64,000 bases of DNA from the human T2T-CHM13v2.0 reference genome, Homo sapiens (GCF_009914755.1 NC_060929.1); one strand, 5' to 3'; shown: positions 29,176 through 42,791, counted from the first letter of the stretch. Notes: generated from the letters alone by a model not told the origin. Numbers and translations are program-made.

Positions 29176-30899
29176 GATGTGAGAGAATTATATGACCAAT
29201 TCTTTAGCTCTGGATTAAGCAGAAAGTCAGGAAGCTATGCTGTAATCAGAGTATTGGGAGGGTAACTATGGTGGGGAGAATTAGGCAGTTTTATAAAGTT
29301 TTCTGTCCATTACCAATGTAAATCATGGAAGGGATAATACACATTTATAAGTATATGGCAATATTTGAATATCCCTGGGAAGTTTTCATCAGAAGGATCA
29401 AGGTCTCATACATGGTCTTTGAGAATTTTCCTTAAGGCTTTGCTCCTTAGACATGCAAACCCAAATATTACTTTTTTCAAGACACAATAGCAAATCCATC
29501 TCTTCAAGGCAGACTCATGTTAACCCTCCACTGAATGAATCATGAGGCTGCTATATATGCTCCAATGCAACACTTCTTTACATATGTTAGAATACATATG
29601 TAAAGAACATGATAGGAGACTGTCTAGAAATTAAGAAACATGGGACATAACTTCTTTGAATTTATCTCAGTGACACCATTGCATGTCTTCATCAAATATG
29701 TATAGAGGTGCTCATAGAATTATTTATATACAAAAATATAGCAAATAACCTAAATCGATCATGTGTATATTAAGGATAGTAAAATATAAAACTACAGTTT
29801 TACATCTTAACCATTTAAGAAATGACTCTGTATGTTCCAAATAAGAAGGCTCTGCATTTTAAAACTACATTCAGTATGGCTTTAAATAAAGAACATATGG
29901 GGAATAAAATTATAATCAAAATACTAAGGTATTAATTTACAGTGAGAAATATGTATACTTCAGTAATCAGAATACTCATGTCTAAATGATCAGCCAATTT
30001 TCTCTCTAAAGTGAGGCCTATCTGGGAAACCATATAATAATTAAGAGCTTGCTCCATGAACATGGAATTAGAACAAGAGGATTTTGTTACCAAAATCAAT
30101 GTTTAACGGTGTCAGGATAAGAGAGGCTTTTGTATCTGTTTTTAGACAATGGTGATGGTGTTTCTATTAGAACAGGAAGAGCTGAAGGTTGTTGGCTACA
30201 CTCTGCTATAGACTTTTCCTTGGAAAGTATGGTTTAGCAAATGTGATCACAGAGTTCCAAAGACTTTTTGGCTAATTACAGCTCCCTCCCTTGGGCAAGT
30301 TGTATACAAGGGCACATCTAAAGTTTATGACTTTCCTTTCTCTATACTTCATGTATGAATACTCTCATTATTTGACAAATTATTTCTTTAGCACCTTCAT
30401 TCAGGAGGAAGACCAAGTTTTCAATGGCTTACTTTTGAAGCAACTTAGTGTTTCCCAGCTTTGATACAGTTATGTAAAAATTTTACAGTTTAAATTTCTA
30501 GGAACAATCTTATTCACCAATTTGCAAATTCTTCAAGGAAGCTTCTCCTTAAATCTCATGTAATGAATTTGTAGGTTCTCTCATACATTACTCTTTAATT
30601 GTTTGGGAATCTACTCCACATGAGAGAAAATGAATATCTACTACAGAATATTTAAAAGTCTTGTGTCACATCCTAGCTGATTCAAGTACAAGCCATCGAG
30701 AGACCTCCACAGTGAGCCACAAAAAGGATCTAGGACCAACCTAGGAACAACTCTAAAAGTAAAACTTGACTCTGAATGAGACAAGCCACAGTTCAAATCC
30801 AGAGGGAATTCATGACATCAGGAAGAGGTGGTATATGAAATGATGTAGTTGGCAATGTCATGATGCCGAGTGATGTCCTCAGTTAGAGTGAGAACCCTC

Positions 30900-33830
30900 T
30901 GCAGCAGCTCAATAAATGTGAAAATGTACCAATTTCTCTTAGACAAAGTATACTGTTAATCAATTCACAGTAAATAGTAAATGAAAAAAAGCTCATGTAC
31001 CAAGGTCAACAGCAGACAAAACAAAACTAAGGGCAAATAGCATTAACAGAGATAAAAAAAGAACATACATAATGGCCCACATAATGTTGAAACAATCTAC
31101 CAATAGGATATTATAATTAAACTTACATATATTCGGTTGGTGCAATTACTTTTGTACCAACCTAATACCTAAAAAAGATAATTTTTAATAGGTAAAAGGA
31201 AAATGTTATAATATTATAAGAAAAATACTGACAACACCTTAATAAAAAAGGAATTTTCAGAAACTGCCAAAACAATAAGACAAAAAAGTAAAAACATGTA
31301 AAACTTGAACATCACACTTAAATGACTCTCTATGTTAAATATAATTAGAACACTGTGGCCGCCAACATACAAAACATTCAACCTTTTTAAGCACAGATAG
31401 AAACTTTTACCTATATTGCTCTACCGTTAGACACACAGAAATCTCAACAAACACTTGGAAAATTACTACCTCACAGATCATGTCTCTCAACATAGTTAAA
31501 AAATGAATAGTAAAAATACAATACAGTATATGTTTGGAAACTGAAAATGCATTTCTAAATAGCTCACAAGTTAAACAATAAATCTCTAACTAAATTATAT
31601 GATAAAGAGGAAATAATTAAATACTGCTGCTTAAAGAGTAAAGGGGAAATTACGAAACATTTAAAATTGGATCGCAATGAAAGAATTGCATTTAAAAAAC
31701 TTGTAGAATGCAAACTAATGCAAAATTAACAGATAAGTTTAAAATCTGAAATAGATTTGATAACTAAGACACTAAAAGTTAATAAAATAAAAAAATAGAT
31801 ATTATCAACAAAAGTTGGGACATTAGAAAAACTAGTAGAAAAAGACTGAGGAAGAGAGAGAACAAAGTAAAAGTATTAGAAGTTAAAAAAAGACAGATAA
31901 AACCACTGAAATGGTAGATATTTAAAATCAAAATACTATAAACAAATAACATTTTGAATTTCAAAAACATGTACTTTTCTAAAAATATACACATTATCAA
32001 AACTAAAAATAAGTAGAAAATTAAAAAGAGTTACAAATATTTAAAAAATAATTAATCCAAAATCAGTTATCATTAAAATATATGAACTCAGACAATTTTA
32101 GAAACTATTCTACAAAGCCTTTAATAAACAGATAATCCCTATCTTATAAAATCTGTTCGAGAATCTTGAAAAGAGGAAAAGCTACTCAACTTATTTCACA
32201 AAGTTAGCATAAGTATGTTTCCAAAACCAGGCAAGACTATTCATGAAGCTTGAAGAAACAGATTCTAAAATTTGTATATATGAGTAAAGAGCCAGAAATA
32301 GCTATAACAATTTTGAAGAAAAAGGAAAGGAAGAAAGAGTGGGAATGGGGGTGGTGCTCACTGGACAATGGAACATAATAAAGAGCCCAGAAATGTAGCT
32401 ACACATAAATAGCAGCTTTACATATAGGTAAATATTACACTTTGGTGAGAAAAAAAACAGATTGTTTAATACAAAGGACTGGGTCACTTTGCTATCTACA
32501 TGAAAAATAATTTCTTGTTTCTCTATGGATAGAAAAATCAAGTCAAATAAGGAAATTGGATTCCTCCACACACCATAAACAAAATCGATTCCAAACAGCT
32601 TAAGAAAATATTATATAAAGAATAAAACTTAACAACATTTCAGAAAAAAGAATGGAGACTATTTTACGGGCTTAGTAAAGAAGAATATGTCTTAACAAAC
32701 ATAAAGGGGAAGAAAGTAAAGACTACATTAAAGATCAAAACTATGCTATTACAATAGATTCCATAAACCTAGTTAAAAGACACATTTGTTTAATTTCAAG
32801 ACATCCTTGAAAAAGATAACTGGATCTTTGTTATACAGCAAACAAGGAAAAAGTATTCAGATCTGGTAGATAATATATAACAGATAAGAAAACAGTAGTT
32901 ACCTAATTAAAATTGGGCAAAAATTATGAACATTTACAGATGAGAAAAGCCCAATGGCCAATGAAAATATACTCCATCTGCCTCAGTTAAATCAACACAA
33001 ATTTAAGATTATGTAACTTTTTACCCCAAAAATATTGACATAAAATTGTAAGATACTAAGAGTTGATGAAAGTGTGGTAAAGAGGATCTAATATACAAGG
33101 TAGGTAAGAGTACAAATTGGAGAAACAATTAGATAGTAGCTCATTAAGTTAAAGATGTGTAGGCATTCAGTCCAATAATTTTATTGCCTGGCATACGTAC
33201 TAGAAATTAATCAAAATACATGTACAAGGAAGCTTAAACAATAGTGTTCATTTTTGTAATAGAAATTGAAAACAAGCTAATAACCATCAGTAGGATAGCA
33301 ATACAGATAAATGGTGGTACATTTCTACATGGAACACTATAAAGGGTTACAATTAACAAAACATATCCACAAGAATTAAAATTGATGATTTTTGAGAACA
33401 TAATGTTGAATTAAGTAAGAAATTTACAGAATGATGCATATTGCATGATTCTATATACAAAAATATTTAAATACATATTATTCTACATTTTCATAGATGC
33501 ATATATAAATAGTAAAGGGAAAAAGGAAGAAACACTTTAAGGAAAAATAGAAACCAACTTTAGAAGAGTGGTTACTCAAGAGCAAGAAGGAAACCACAGC
33601 ATCTTCAAAGACTGCAAAAAGGCCATCCATTATATTTATAATTCTTATTAAAGAACTATAAATAGAAAAAGAACTATGAATTATTATTAAACAACTATAT
33701 AATAGAATAGCAAAATAGTAACATACTTAAACTTTGGTAAGTCTATGAGTGTTCGTTGTATTAAATTTTATCACTTTACGTTTTCTTAAACTTTTATAAT
33801 TTAAATAAAACTTTAAAAAATTAAAAAAGA
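30900..33830 (+). mobile_element. Ancient L1M (L1MC/MD/ME-like) ORF2 plus 3'UTR, highly decayed
   Basis: A-rich sequence collinear with L1 ORF2, e.g. agacaattttagaaactattctacaaagcctttaataaacagataatccctatc and agattctaaaatttgtata...agagccagaaatagc. Boundaries approximate. Confidence 0.8.
31132..31165. mobile_element. Internally deleted MADE1 (Hsmar1 MITE), 34 bp
   Basis: ttcggttggtgcaattacttttgtaccaacctaa flanked by TA on both sides; both ends match the Hsmar1/MADE1 terminal inverted repeat TTAGGTTGGTGCAA. Confidence 0.85.
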
Positions 33831-35044
33831 AAGTGAGAAAATCAGTTGCCTCTGTCTCAATGCATCCCTTTAGGTATATGCTTACAAACCAAGGTACTCA
33901 TAATTTCAGCATGCACAGCTCTGTGCCAGAGGCTCAACAAAGTCACATCATAAATTAGCCACATCTTCTAGGAACATCAACTTTTTTCAGGGATAGCAGA
34001 GTACCCATAATTATGACAATATAAGAAGTATACATTTTCATAAGTAAGAGTTTGAGTTGCTTTTTATTATCTCTAAACTTCATTTCCATTCTACCTTTTC
34101 TCCAAAAGATTCTTCACTATCACCTGTAGCCACTATTGGAGATATTTTAGTAAAAATATTTTTAAAATATTGCCCTTGGAGAAACTGCATGTCCACATCA
34201 AATTCCTTTATAAACAAAAATCTATATCAGAATGAAGAACCCAAAGGGAGAAAATAGTCTCATATGGATTTACTCAACATTTGATCTCTTCTATTGTCAA
34301 ACCTCTTTCTTCAGTTTCATTACTTTTGTATTTGTTGGAAACATAATAGCCAGACAAACACCAATGAATTTCTTTTACTGAATTGTGTTGCAGTGTGATG
34401 TGTTCATCCTCTACTGAGGGTCAGTGTGTAAAAGCCTTACAAAACTATAAGAACACTGCTGAAAAATGGTCATATTATACAATTCCATTTTATAAAGACC
34501 CTCAGTAGCAATTTTTTCTTGACTTCTTTCAAAGAAATCTTTGCTTCTTCTAGGTTGTTGATTTGTCATTATATTTTGAACAAAGTGACTTGTGGAACAG
34601 TAACAACTTCCTTTAAAGTTATAGTAGCTCACTCAGTGCAGGTAATACTATGTAGTGTCTTTTTCTTTTGTTTTGTTTATTTTTTTTTAAATATAATTGA
34701 TGGTTTAGCCTTATGTTCCCCCACTTCTGTTTATCCTTTCCCTTTCATACCCACTTTTAAATTTTGCCATTTTGTTCATTGTATGTAACTTTATAAAATA
34801 CCATAGATCTTAAATTTAAAAAGTAAGTTCATAAATAACAGCCTATAAGATATACACATATACTTTGAGGTTTACCAATCATAGGTGTATTTCTGCTTCT
34901 CAACTATTTGAGGTTTTTTAAATCAAGCTAATTTCTCAATTTTTATTCTGGAATTAAAAGGAGTTTTTTACTTTAATTCATTCTTGATTTGATGTTACTA
35001 TGACAGTTAACTATACTTCTAAACTTTTCCCTTTGGTCAGATAG

Positions 35045-35500
35045 ACAATGTAAAAGGCATTGTGTTTTGAGTCAAAAACCATGAAATCAAGAACTCACTC
35101 TGCCAAAAACAAGTTATATAACTTTGACCAAGTCAGTGGGATTTTTATAAAGCACACTATCCTTGTCTGCAAAATGTGCCCACGGGGATGTTTTTAGCAT
35201 TATGTTAGGTAATGTATATAAAACCATATTTTAAATCATGAAGTTGCCTAAAAATATAAACCACAATAAGAAAAGCAAGTAATTTTGACATATAAAAACC
35301 TAAATTTAAATTCTGCTTCCATTATTTACTAGCTACAAGGCTTTGGGCCAGTCTCTTAATCTCTAAAATATCTAAAAAATTGAGATAACAACCTACTTCA
35401 GAAATAGCTATGAGAACCAAATGAGTAATATATAAAAAAGAGTCTTGGAAAATATAAAACAATAAAAATGAACCTATAATATTTATAAATGGAATATGTG
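35045..35500 (+). mobile_element. Two adjacent decayed MIR elements
   Basis: Cores taactttgaccaagtca...cttgtctgcaaaatg and ctttgggccagtctcttaatctct...acctacttcaga..gctatgagaaccaaatgagtaatata. Confidence 0.65.
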
Positions 35501-35944
35501 ACAATTATTTTGTTTTGCCAGATCCTAAAGCATTGCCTAAAATATAATTAGTATCCAACAATTCATGTAAATTGAATTAAACTATTTTTATAAATATAAA
35601 ATACTTTTGAAGTGGGCCTAGTTTTCTCATATACATTTTCTCTCAGAACTTTTTTCTGAAATAACTGATTGAAAAGCAAAATAATAATAATAATGAATTA
35701 GCCAGGAGTCATATTTATACACACAATCGACTTTTCAGATATTTTTTCCCACTGCATTCATTGGTAACTTAAGTAATTTTCAAATAATTCAAAAACATAT
35801 CTTTAAAAATATATAGAAATGAAAAAAATGCTAACATTAACATATGAAATATAAGTAATCTCTGTGCTGGAAATTCTTTTTGGAGATATCTCCCCATGCA
35901 TGTTTTCTTCTAGTGATCCATTTTATCTTTCTGCATATCATCTA

Positions 35945-36600
35945 ACATTTATTCACCCACTCATGACAAATATATGTATGGATGCATGCTGAATTCACAT
36001 ATGCCTGTGTGTGTATTCATCACTATGTGCTGGATACTATTCTAAGTACTAGGGCTATCCTATTCAGTAAAACAGAATCCCAGTCTTACAGAGTTTACAT
36101 TCAGATAGGAAAATACTGATGATAAAAATATATGTACAGTAAATACATGATATTGAGATGAATGGTACCATGAAGATATACCAAAGAAGCATAAGGAAAT
36201 AGAGAGCTGGACATGGTGGAGGGAAGGAAAATTTCCACTTCACTTAAGGTGAGCACAAAAGGGGTCTATGACAAGAGGTTATATAAAAGAGATGAGGAAA
36301 TTAAAAATGAGGAAACAAGCCATGTTAATGTATGGCATATGTGAATTCCAGACAGAGAGAAAAAATAAATGAAAGTTCCCGAGGTTGGAGCACCTTTGGC
36401 ATTTTCAAGGAAAAATAGGGAAGTCTATGTACCTGGAGTGAAATAAAAAACAGGAAAACTAGTAGAAGGTAAAATCAGAGACGTGGTGGGGGTTGAGTTC
36501 ACAGGGACTTGATGGGATTATAAAGATTTGATGACTGCATTTTGAGTTAAATGAAGCAGGAAAAATTCAGTGAAACTGAAAAGGAGTGCATAGCTTAGGT
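35945..36600 (-). mobile_element. L2 3' region
   Basis: actatgtgctggatactattctaagtactaggg...cccagtcttacagagtttacattc followed by a purine-rich L2 body. Confidence 0.75.
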
Positions 36601-38827
36601 TAAGTGCTTCCATATAGAAAGAGAAAGTAGACAGCCCTCCCCCTCTTGGCCCTAATGGAATAAGGATCAAGACGAGAGTCAGAGGTGCAGCAAAAGGGGC
36701 CAAACTTGAGGCAGGGGCCTACAGAAACTCTAAATATCTATGAGGAAATTTGGGAACATAATAGCAAAGGTCTTCTTTCTCCAAAGCCTGAGAGTCATTG
36801 CAAACATCTAGGAATAGTCTTGCAGGAGAGGAAGGAAGGGAAGGAGGTGGGTAGCTCAGTGCTGTTACAGGGAGGTGGCTAGAGACAGGAGCCAGAGGCT
36901 GTGATCCCAGTCCCCAAGGCCTATGTGGAGGGGCTTAGAAGTTTTTGCATGCCTCAGTAAGGGTTCAAGGTACTGAGAAGACTGGTGAAATAGCAGAGGC
37001 CTGGGGTCAGGACTAAGAAATTGTGGTGAGTTTTTAGTGTACTTGCATGCAAATAACTGGGACCATGAATCTCAGTAGTGGTTGCCTTCATGACAACCAA
37101 GGAGGCCAGCTGGGACTAGCAGCACTATCCTCATTGCCACCAATCTACCCAGATGCTATCTGGAGGTGAAAGGAAACCCAAAGAATCTCTTCTTTTTTCA
37201 AGAGAAATTGTCTAAAATATGAAGAGACTGGGAGACCATTAATTGTCAAGTTTTCATCCCACCACCCCTCCCTGCACAGTATTCAGTGACATAGAGGTCA
37301 TGAGAAAGATTAGATTAGTTACTTACAGACTATACCCTTCATTTGCAATTTATAAATTGTGACCGTACCCTATACCTAGAATCTGGAAATTCTATCTCAT
37401 ATATCATTTATCTAAGATCTGTGCCATACATTAAAATGATTTTTCCCAGTTTGTGTGAGTAGTTATATAACCAATAAAATCTACTTTAAAAAGTAAAGAC
37501 ATTTACTATCAGCTTGACTTTATAATAAAACCAAGTTTAATTGTTTGAAAGTTTGATAAGGCATCTGCCCCATAGAAATGTCTTATTAGGCAAAATCTGT
37601 AGATGTTGGTCATTTGCTAAAGAGCCCCATTTTCTCCTCTCACCCCAATTTACTGAATGGGTCTGCTAAAAGCATAAGCTTTTTAGTCCCATAAGTAATT
37701 TTAAAATGATTATTCTAACTGAACTGCTCCTAAGATTTACTACCTATATTCAAGTGTAAACAAAACACTAGATCTCAGATTCAGTAAGGAACTTTTCCAT
37801 TTCCTTTCTCTCCATTTAAGCTCAAGGCAGATATTATGATTTTGAAAGTAATATTTATTTGGATAATATCAGAAAACCAACCTAAACAAATTTTTTCTTC
37901 TCATGCTATTATTCTGAAACTTCCATGGCTATTTTTGTATACATTTTTCTTTCCCTCTTCCTTACAATCCTTATAACTTTATCCTCACTGGAGTTATTCT
38001 GTGTTGGAGCAGATAAACAAAATGAATTCTTACACTGTATTAGCCGAAGGGCAGCAGACATGAGAAGAAAAGAGAAGTGGTGTTCACAGTCGAAGGACGT
38101 GCTTTTCAGTAGTGATTCAGACAATTCAGAAAAGCTTACTCATCTCTTTCCTATCTGCTAGTGTGACCACTGTATTCTTCTTTTTCAGATTGCCTTCAGG
38201 GTTATCTGCTGTTTGAGTGTCATTACAAAAGTCAGGTCTGCTCAGGATCATGTCAAATAATTTATCCCCATGTCCTCATTTTAACTCCCCATTGCTTCTT
38301 CTCAGCCCTGTGCTCTGGGTCCTCACCACACATCAGGTCATAGAAGCTGGGTGCCCCCTCACATTGCTTTCTTTCTTATTATGCATACCAGTGTTATGCA
38401 AACCCTACAGGAGTATCTTAGGTTATGCAGTTTTCCCATGACATTTAAAGGAACCCTAAGCCTCTTGTGGGAAGTAAGATAAGGCATCCTTAGAAAGTGT
38501 TATCTCTACAGTTTACTACATTGGGATTACTATTCACTCAACTAAATATGATTTCAAAAAGTTAATTGTATTTTCTAGATATCTTAAAAAGAAACCATAC
38601 ATTTTTAAAAACATGCTGCTTTAACTTTGTCTAGAATCTTACTCCCTGCCCCCAAATTTAACAGCTTAGCTTTTCCATTGCTTAAGTAAGTGCCTTGTAT
38701 TTGAATAATACAGCTTAATCAGATTTTTGAAAGCTTTTATTACATCGTTTTAAAGTGGCATAAATAATGTAAAGTAAGCCTAATTTCACATTAGACACCT
38801 TCTATGGCGGCTTATGAAGCTCAAGTT

Positions 38828-38858
<31 letters not shown>

Positions 38859-39063
38859 AATTAAGGCGATTCCAGCAGTCATTTCTGACTCTGTGGCATC
38901 TTTCTGCAAATCCTGTCCACTTTACTGCTATACCGAGGTTCATTTGTGTCATTCAAATCTTTGCTCTTTAAATATCCACTTATAAATTTATTATGGCAAT
39001 ACATTCATATCTTTACATTTAATCTGAAACTTCGGTAACAAGCAGGAGATGGAATAAATGAGT

Positions 39064-39163
39064 AGCAGACACACTTGACAAAGTCAAAATGCTCTCCTGT
39101 CAGTGCCCATATGAACTATTACAATGACAGAAGAGCATTTTAATTTTGTCCAGTTCTTCTTTC
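39064..39163 (-). ncRNA. MIR3660: microRNA precursor hsa-mir-3660 (mature 3p at 39084-39104)
   Basis: Inverted arms 39077-39105 and 39122-39150 (25/29 Watson-Crick, plus 2 G:U on the minus strand) with a 16-nt loop. Reverse complement of 39084-39104 is ACUGACAGGAGAGCAUUUUGA, which I recall as the miRBase miR-3660 sequence; the name is from memory. Confidence 0.88.
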
Positions 39164-39477
39164 TCCTTTTCACTCTGCATTTCTCCTTCTCCAGCTGGCT
39201 ACGGAAACTTTGATAAAAGATCCAGACTTTAAATGCCCAATATCCTCAAAAAAATGTCAGAGAATGTTTTAAAATCATAGATTTTGAATGACACAGATGA
39301 ACTTCACTTGCAGCACTGCTGCAGTGGGGAATTTATCATTTTGTTAATTAAGAAGGGTTTTCCAATAGTCACTCCAGAAATTGCCTCTGGAATATCATTA
39401 ATTAACAATCTTACTTCCACCATGGGAGGGAGGAATGAGGCCGAGCAGCAAAACTCACAAAAGGACTAACTTAAAAT

Positions 39478-39503
39478 ACACACACACACACACACACACA
39501 CAC
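39478..39503. repeat. (CA)n microsatellite
   Basis: Seen directly. Confidence 0.95.
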
Positions 39504-40348
39504 GCATTTGAAAAGCACCAGACAAATCTGGAAAAGAGGAGGGGAATGAATTACTTAACACAAATATTATAGGATCAACAGAGCTAACAAAAAATCCAAT
39601 TCATAGCATTTAAAGCTATCTTAGTTCACAGGCCTTATGCTAGTCCCGAAATAAAGTCAACAATTTAGAAACTCTATCTGAACTAAATAATTTACCATGT
39701 TGTTTGGAATTTAAGGGCTTTCCCCCCAACAATGACTGCTTCCTTTCTAGGGAAGAAGAAAACAAGTCTTTTTTCCCCCCAGTTTTCTTATTTGTTGAGT
39801 ATCCAGGTAACAAACTACTTAAAATCAACCAAACAAAACTTGATAATTGGCCCTATCCCCATGTGAGCCACAGAAGGATGTAACCATGGCAACCTGTCAT
39901 TTAGAACAGACCATCTCACGTACCTTTCAGAATTTAAGCATATGAGAACTTATCCATTCCCAAGTAGAATTATCATGCCGGGAACATTTTGTTCTTTATT
40001 GCAGAGGAAGTATAAAGCCAGACTCTTAAATTGTTCTCAACAAGGTGTTCAGGAGAAAAGGAGGTTCAGTAGCCACGAAAAGATGGAGATACATACACTA
40101 ATCTAAAGTTCTTTCTGTTGAGGAGTAAACAAGAATAGACTTGAGGAAAGGGCAATCATTAAAGCCGTGGTGACTGTAGCAGAATAGCTTGGTGAAACCT
40201 AAGTTTTCAAAGTAAGAATCTTTTCCAATGAGGAAAACAGCAGCTGACTGACACAAACACAGACCCTCCTTGATTTTAAAGGAGTTTGATCTTCATAGTC
40301 ACTTTTAGCACACCAGAAAGTATTATTTCCCTCACATTTTTGCTGGTT

Positions 40349-40380
<32 letters not shown>

Positions 40381-41599
40381 GCAATCAAGACCTACAATAA
40401 GACTTTACCTCTCTGGATTTCATAATACAGGAAACTTTTTTTTTTGTTACTTTTTTTTTGTTGTTGTTAGTATTTAGTGACAGGGCTCAAACTGGCTGGG
40501 AATGTTCTGATAGACTCTTAATCTTCAGGTGTCTCAAACTGAACATAAAAGAGTTTGAAAAGTATTTCTTATTGAGATGACCAAGTCGCTTTTCTTTAAC
40601 CATCAAAATGGTAATCATGATTAAAATCTGTGATCAATTTTAATTGTAGCAATGAAATGACAACCAACTTCTCCATTTCCACTAGAAAAATTTTAGAGAG
40701 TAAGAACATAAAAAGAGAACCTAGTGTCGGAACATCTCAAATTGTAAGGCTAGCCAGAATGAAGTAAGTTTTGTTAGAGCCAGGTGTATTCTCTTTGTAG
40801 TCTCTACATCAAGGGGCTATAATGGGTGTCTGAAGAAAAATCACGGGTTGATTTTATCCTTTATATTTAACATGCTGTCAAATTTATATTTCCACATTAC
40901 TGCAATATGGGGATCACTGGGAACTGTGACTAACACTTTTGTCTATGTACAATAGTGTGGCATCTATAATAATTCTCTAACTCCTATTCACATCAACAAA
41001 TGTGTATTGAGAACATACTCTGTGAAAGATACGCTGAAAAGAGTGGTGGGGCATGCCAAGAAGCAGTAGGTGATTTACCTAGAAGCTAATGTAAATTTAG
41101 GGCTCTTCCCCTAAATGACTCCCTTGCAAGAACCTAGCAGGGATGCTAGCAGTTTTTAAATTCATAGTTATTATTTTCCATTAAAAACACTTCCACAATT
41201 GCATGATCTTTAGGCTCCACAAAATCTAAATGGGCTGCCCTATCATCTCCCACTAAAGTTTAGTGGAAGCATCTGAAAACTTAGCACCATTTTTCTGTTT
41301 GAAAGTGTTGCAAGAACCACAATGAGGAGCCAATTGACAATGCTGCTAGAAGTTTGGAGACTTAAGGGAGAGAAAGAACGTGACCTAGGCAGCACTGTAA
41401 ATATTGTGATGAAACGTAATAATTTAATGAGGTCTGTTTTACCATTTTGGACATCTATATTTAAGATTATTTTTAATATGTGAAAGTTCTTAACATTAAT
41501 TTAAACCATTTGGAATTTTTTTTGCTACCAAATATATGGAGTCTAAAGTAAAAGAATATAAGTGGAACAATATATAATTTGTCTAATACATAGACAAGT

Positions 41600-41770
41600 A
41601 TAATGTATTTGTTGACAAAATACATTAGTATTTTATGTTGGGCAGTATGTACAAATTTTACGTACATCAAACTCATAATGAACCTATGAGATAGGTACCA
41701 TGATTATTTCTGTTTCACAGAGGAACCTGAGGAATGGAGAGATTAAATAATTTTCTGATAATTATATGAC
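41600..41770 (-). mobile_element. MIR fragment
   Basis: ctcataatgaacctatgagataggtaccatgattatttctgtttcacagaggaacctgagg...gagagattaaataattt. Confidence 0.78.
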
Positions 41771-41849
41771 TTGTAATCATTTAAAATCTCATCAGAAAAA
41801 AAACTGTTTAGCTATAATAAAAACAAGAACTCTTTCGGGATCTTGATTT

Positions 41850-42230
41850 GGAATTCTAAATCAGTAACACCTCCCTTGAAAGCAATTTAGCAATATCATT
41901 TTTTAACTAAAATTTTCATACCTTTGACCCCAAATTTTATTTCTAGGAGATTAACATAAAGAAATCATCTAAAATTAGACAAAGATGTATATATATAAAT
42001 GTTCTCTTTAGCATCATGTATAGTAAGAAATAATGAGGAATTAAAATTAAAGATACGTTATTATATCGGAATGGTGAGCAAATATATATGTTAGAGTGAA
42101 ATACAGCCATTACAAGTTTTGTTTTACATTTTGCCTAATATTATAATATAAAATCATTGAACATATAAAAATGCATATTTTTAAAAAGACTGGAAAAATA
42201 TGTTAAAACGGTAATAATTGCTTGAGATTA
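41850..42230 (+). mobile_element. L1ME-like 3' fragment
   Basis: ttgaaagcaatttagcaatatc...catacctttgaccccaaattttatttctaggagatt. Confidence 0.65.
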
Positions 42231-42486
42231 TGGCCATACAGGTGGGAAAGTTCTATATGCAGCTGAAGGTATGAAGTTGGAACTGGGTAGTAAGTAAGAC
42301 GTATCTGAAACTCAATATAATGATGAAATCATGAAAATAATGATGCAAGTCAAAGTAAATCATTCAGGATTAGATGAGATGGTAGTATGCTTTTTTTTTT
42401 TCCAACGTTGTGAAGATTCCCTGGACTTTTGAAATCTTCTAAGTTTGTGTTGCATTTATAATAAAATGATTTTAAAATGGGGGATC

Positions 42487-42791
42487 GGCCGGGCGTGGTG
42501 GCTCATGCCTGTAATCCTGGCACTTTGGAAGGCCGAGGTGGGTGGATCACTTGAGATCAGGAGTTTGAGACAAGCCTGGCCAACATGGTAAAACCCCATC
42601 TCTACTAAAAATACAAAATTTAACCAGGGATGGTGGAGTGGCGCCTATAATCCCAGCTACTCGGGAGGCTAAGCAGGAGAATCACTTGAACTCCAGAGGT
42701 GGAGGTTGCAGTGAGATGAGATCGCACCACTGCACTCCAACCTGGGCAACAGAGTGAGACTCTGCCTCAAAATAAACAAATAAATAACAAC
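42487..42791 (+). mobile_element. AluS (AluSz/Sx-like)
   Basis: ggccgggcgtggtggctcatgcc...gatcacttgagatcaggagtttgagac...; A-rich tail; TSD only degenerate. Confidence 0.95.

Noticed and set aside
40340-40470. Short segment between two poly-T tracts as a tiny retrocopy
   Set aside because: No convincing TSD or polyadenylation signal and no recognisable parent RNA.
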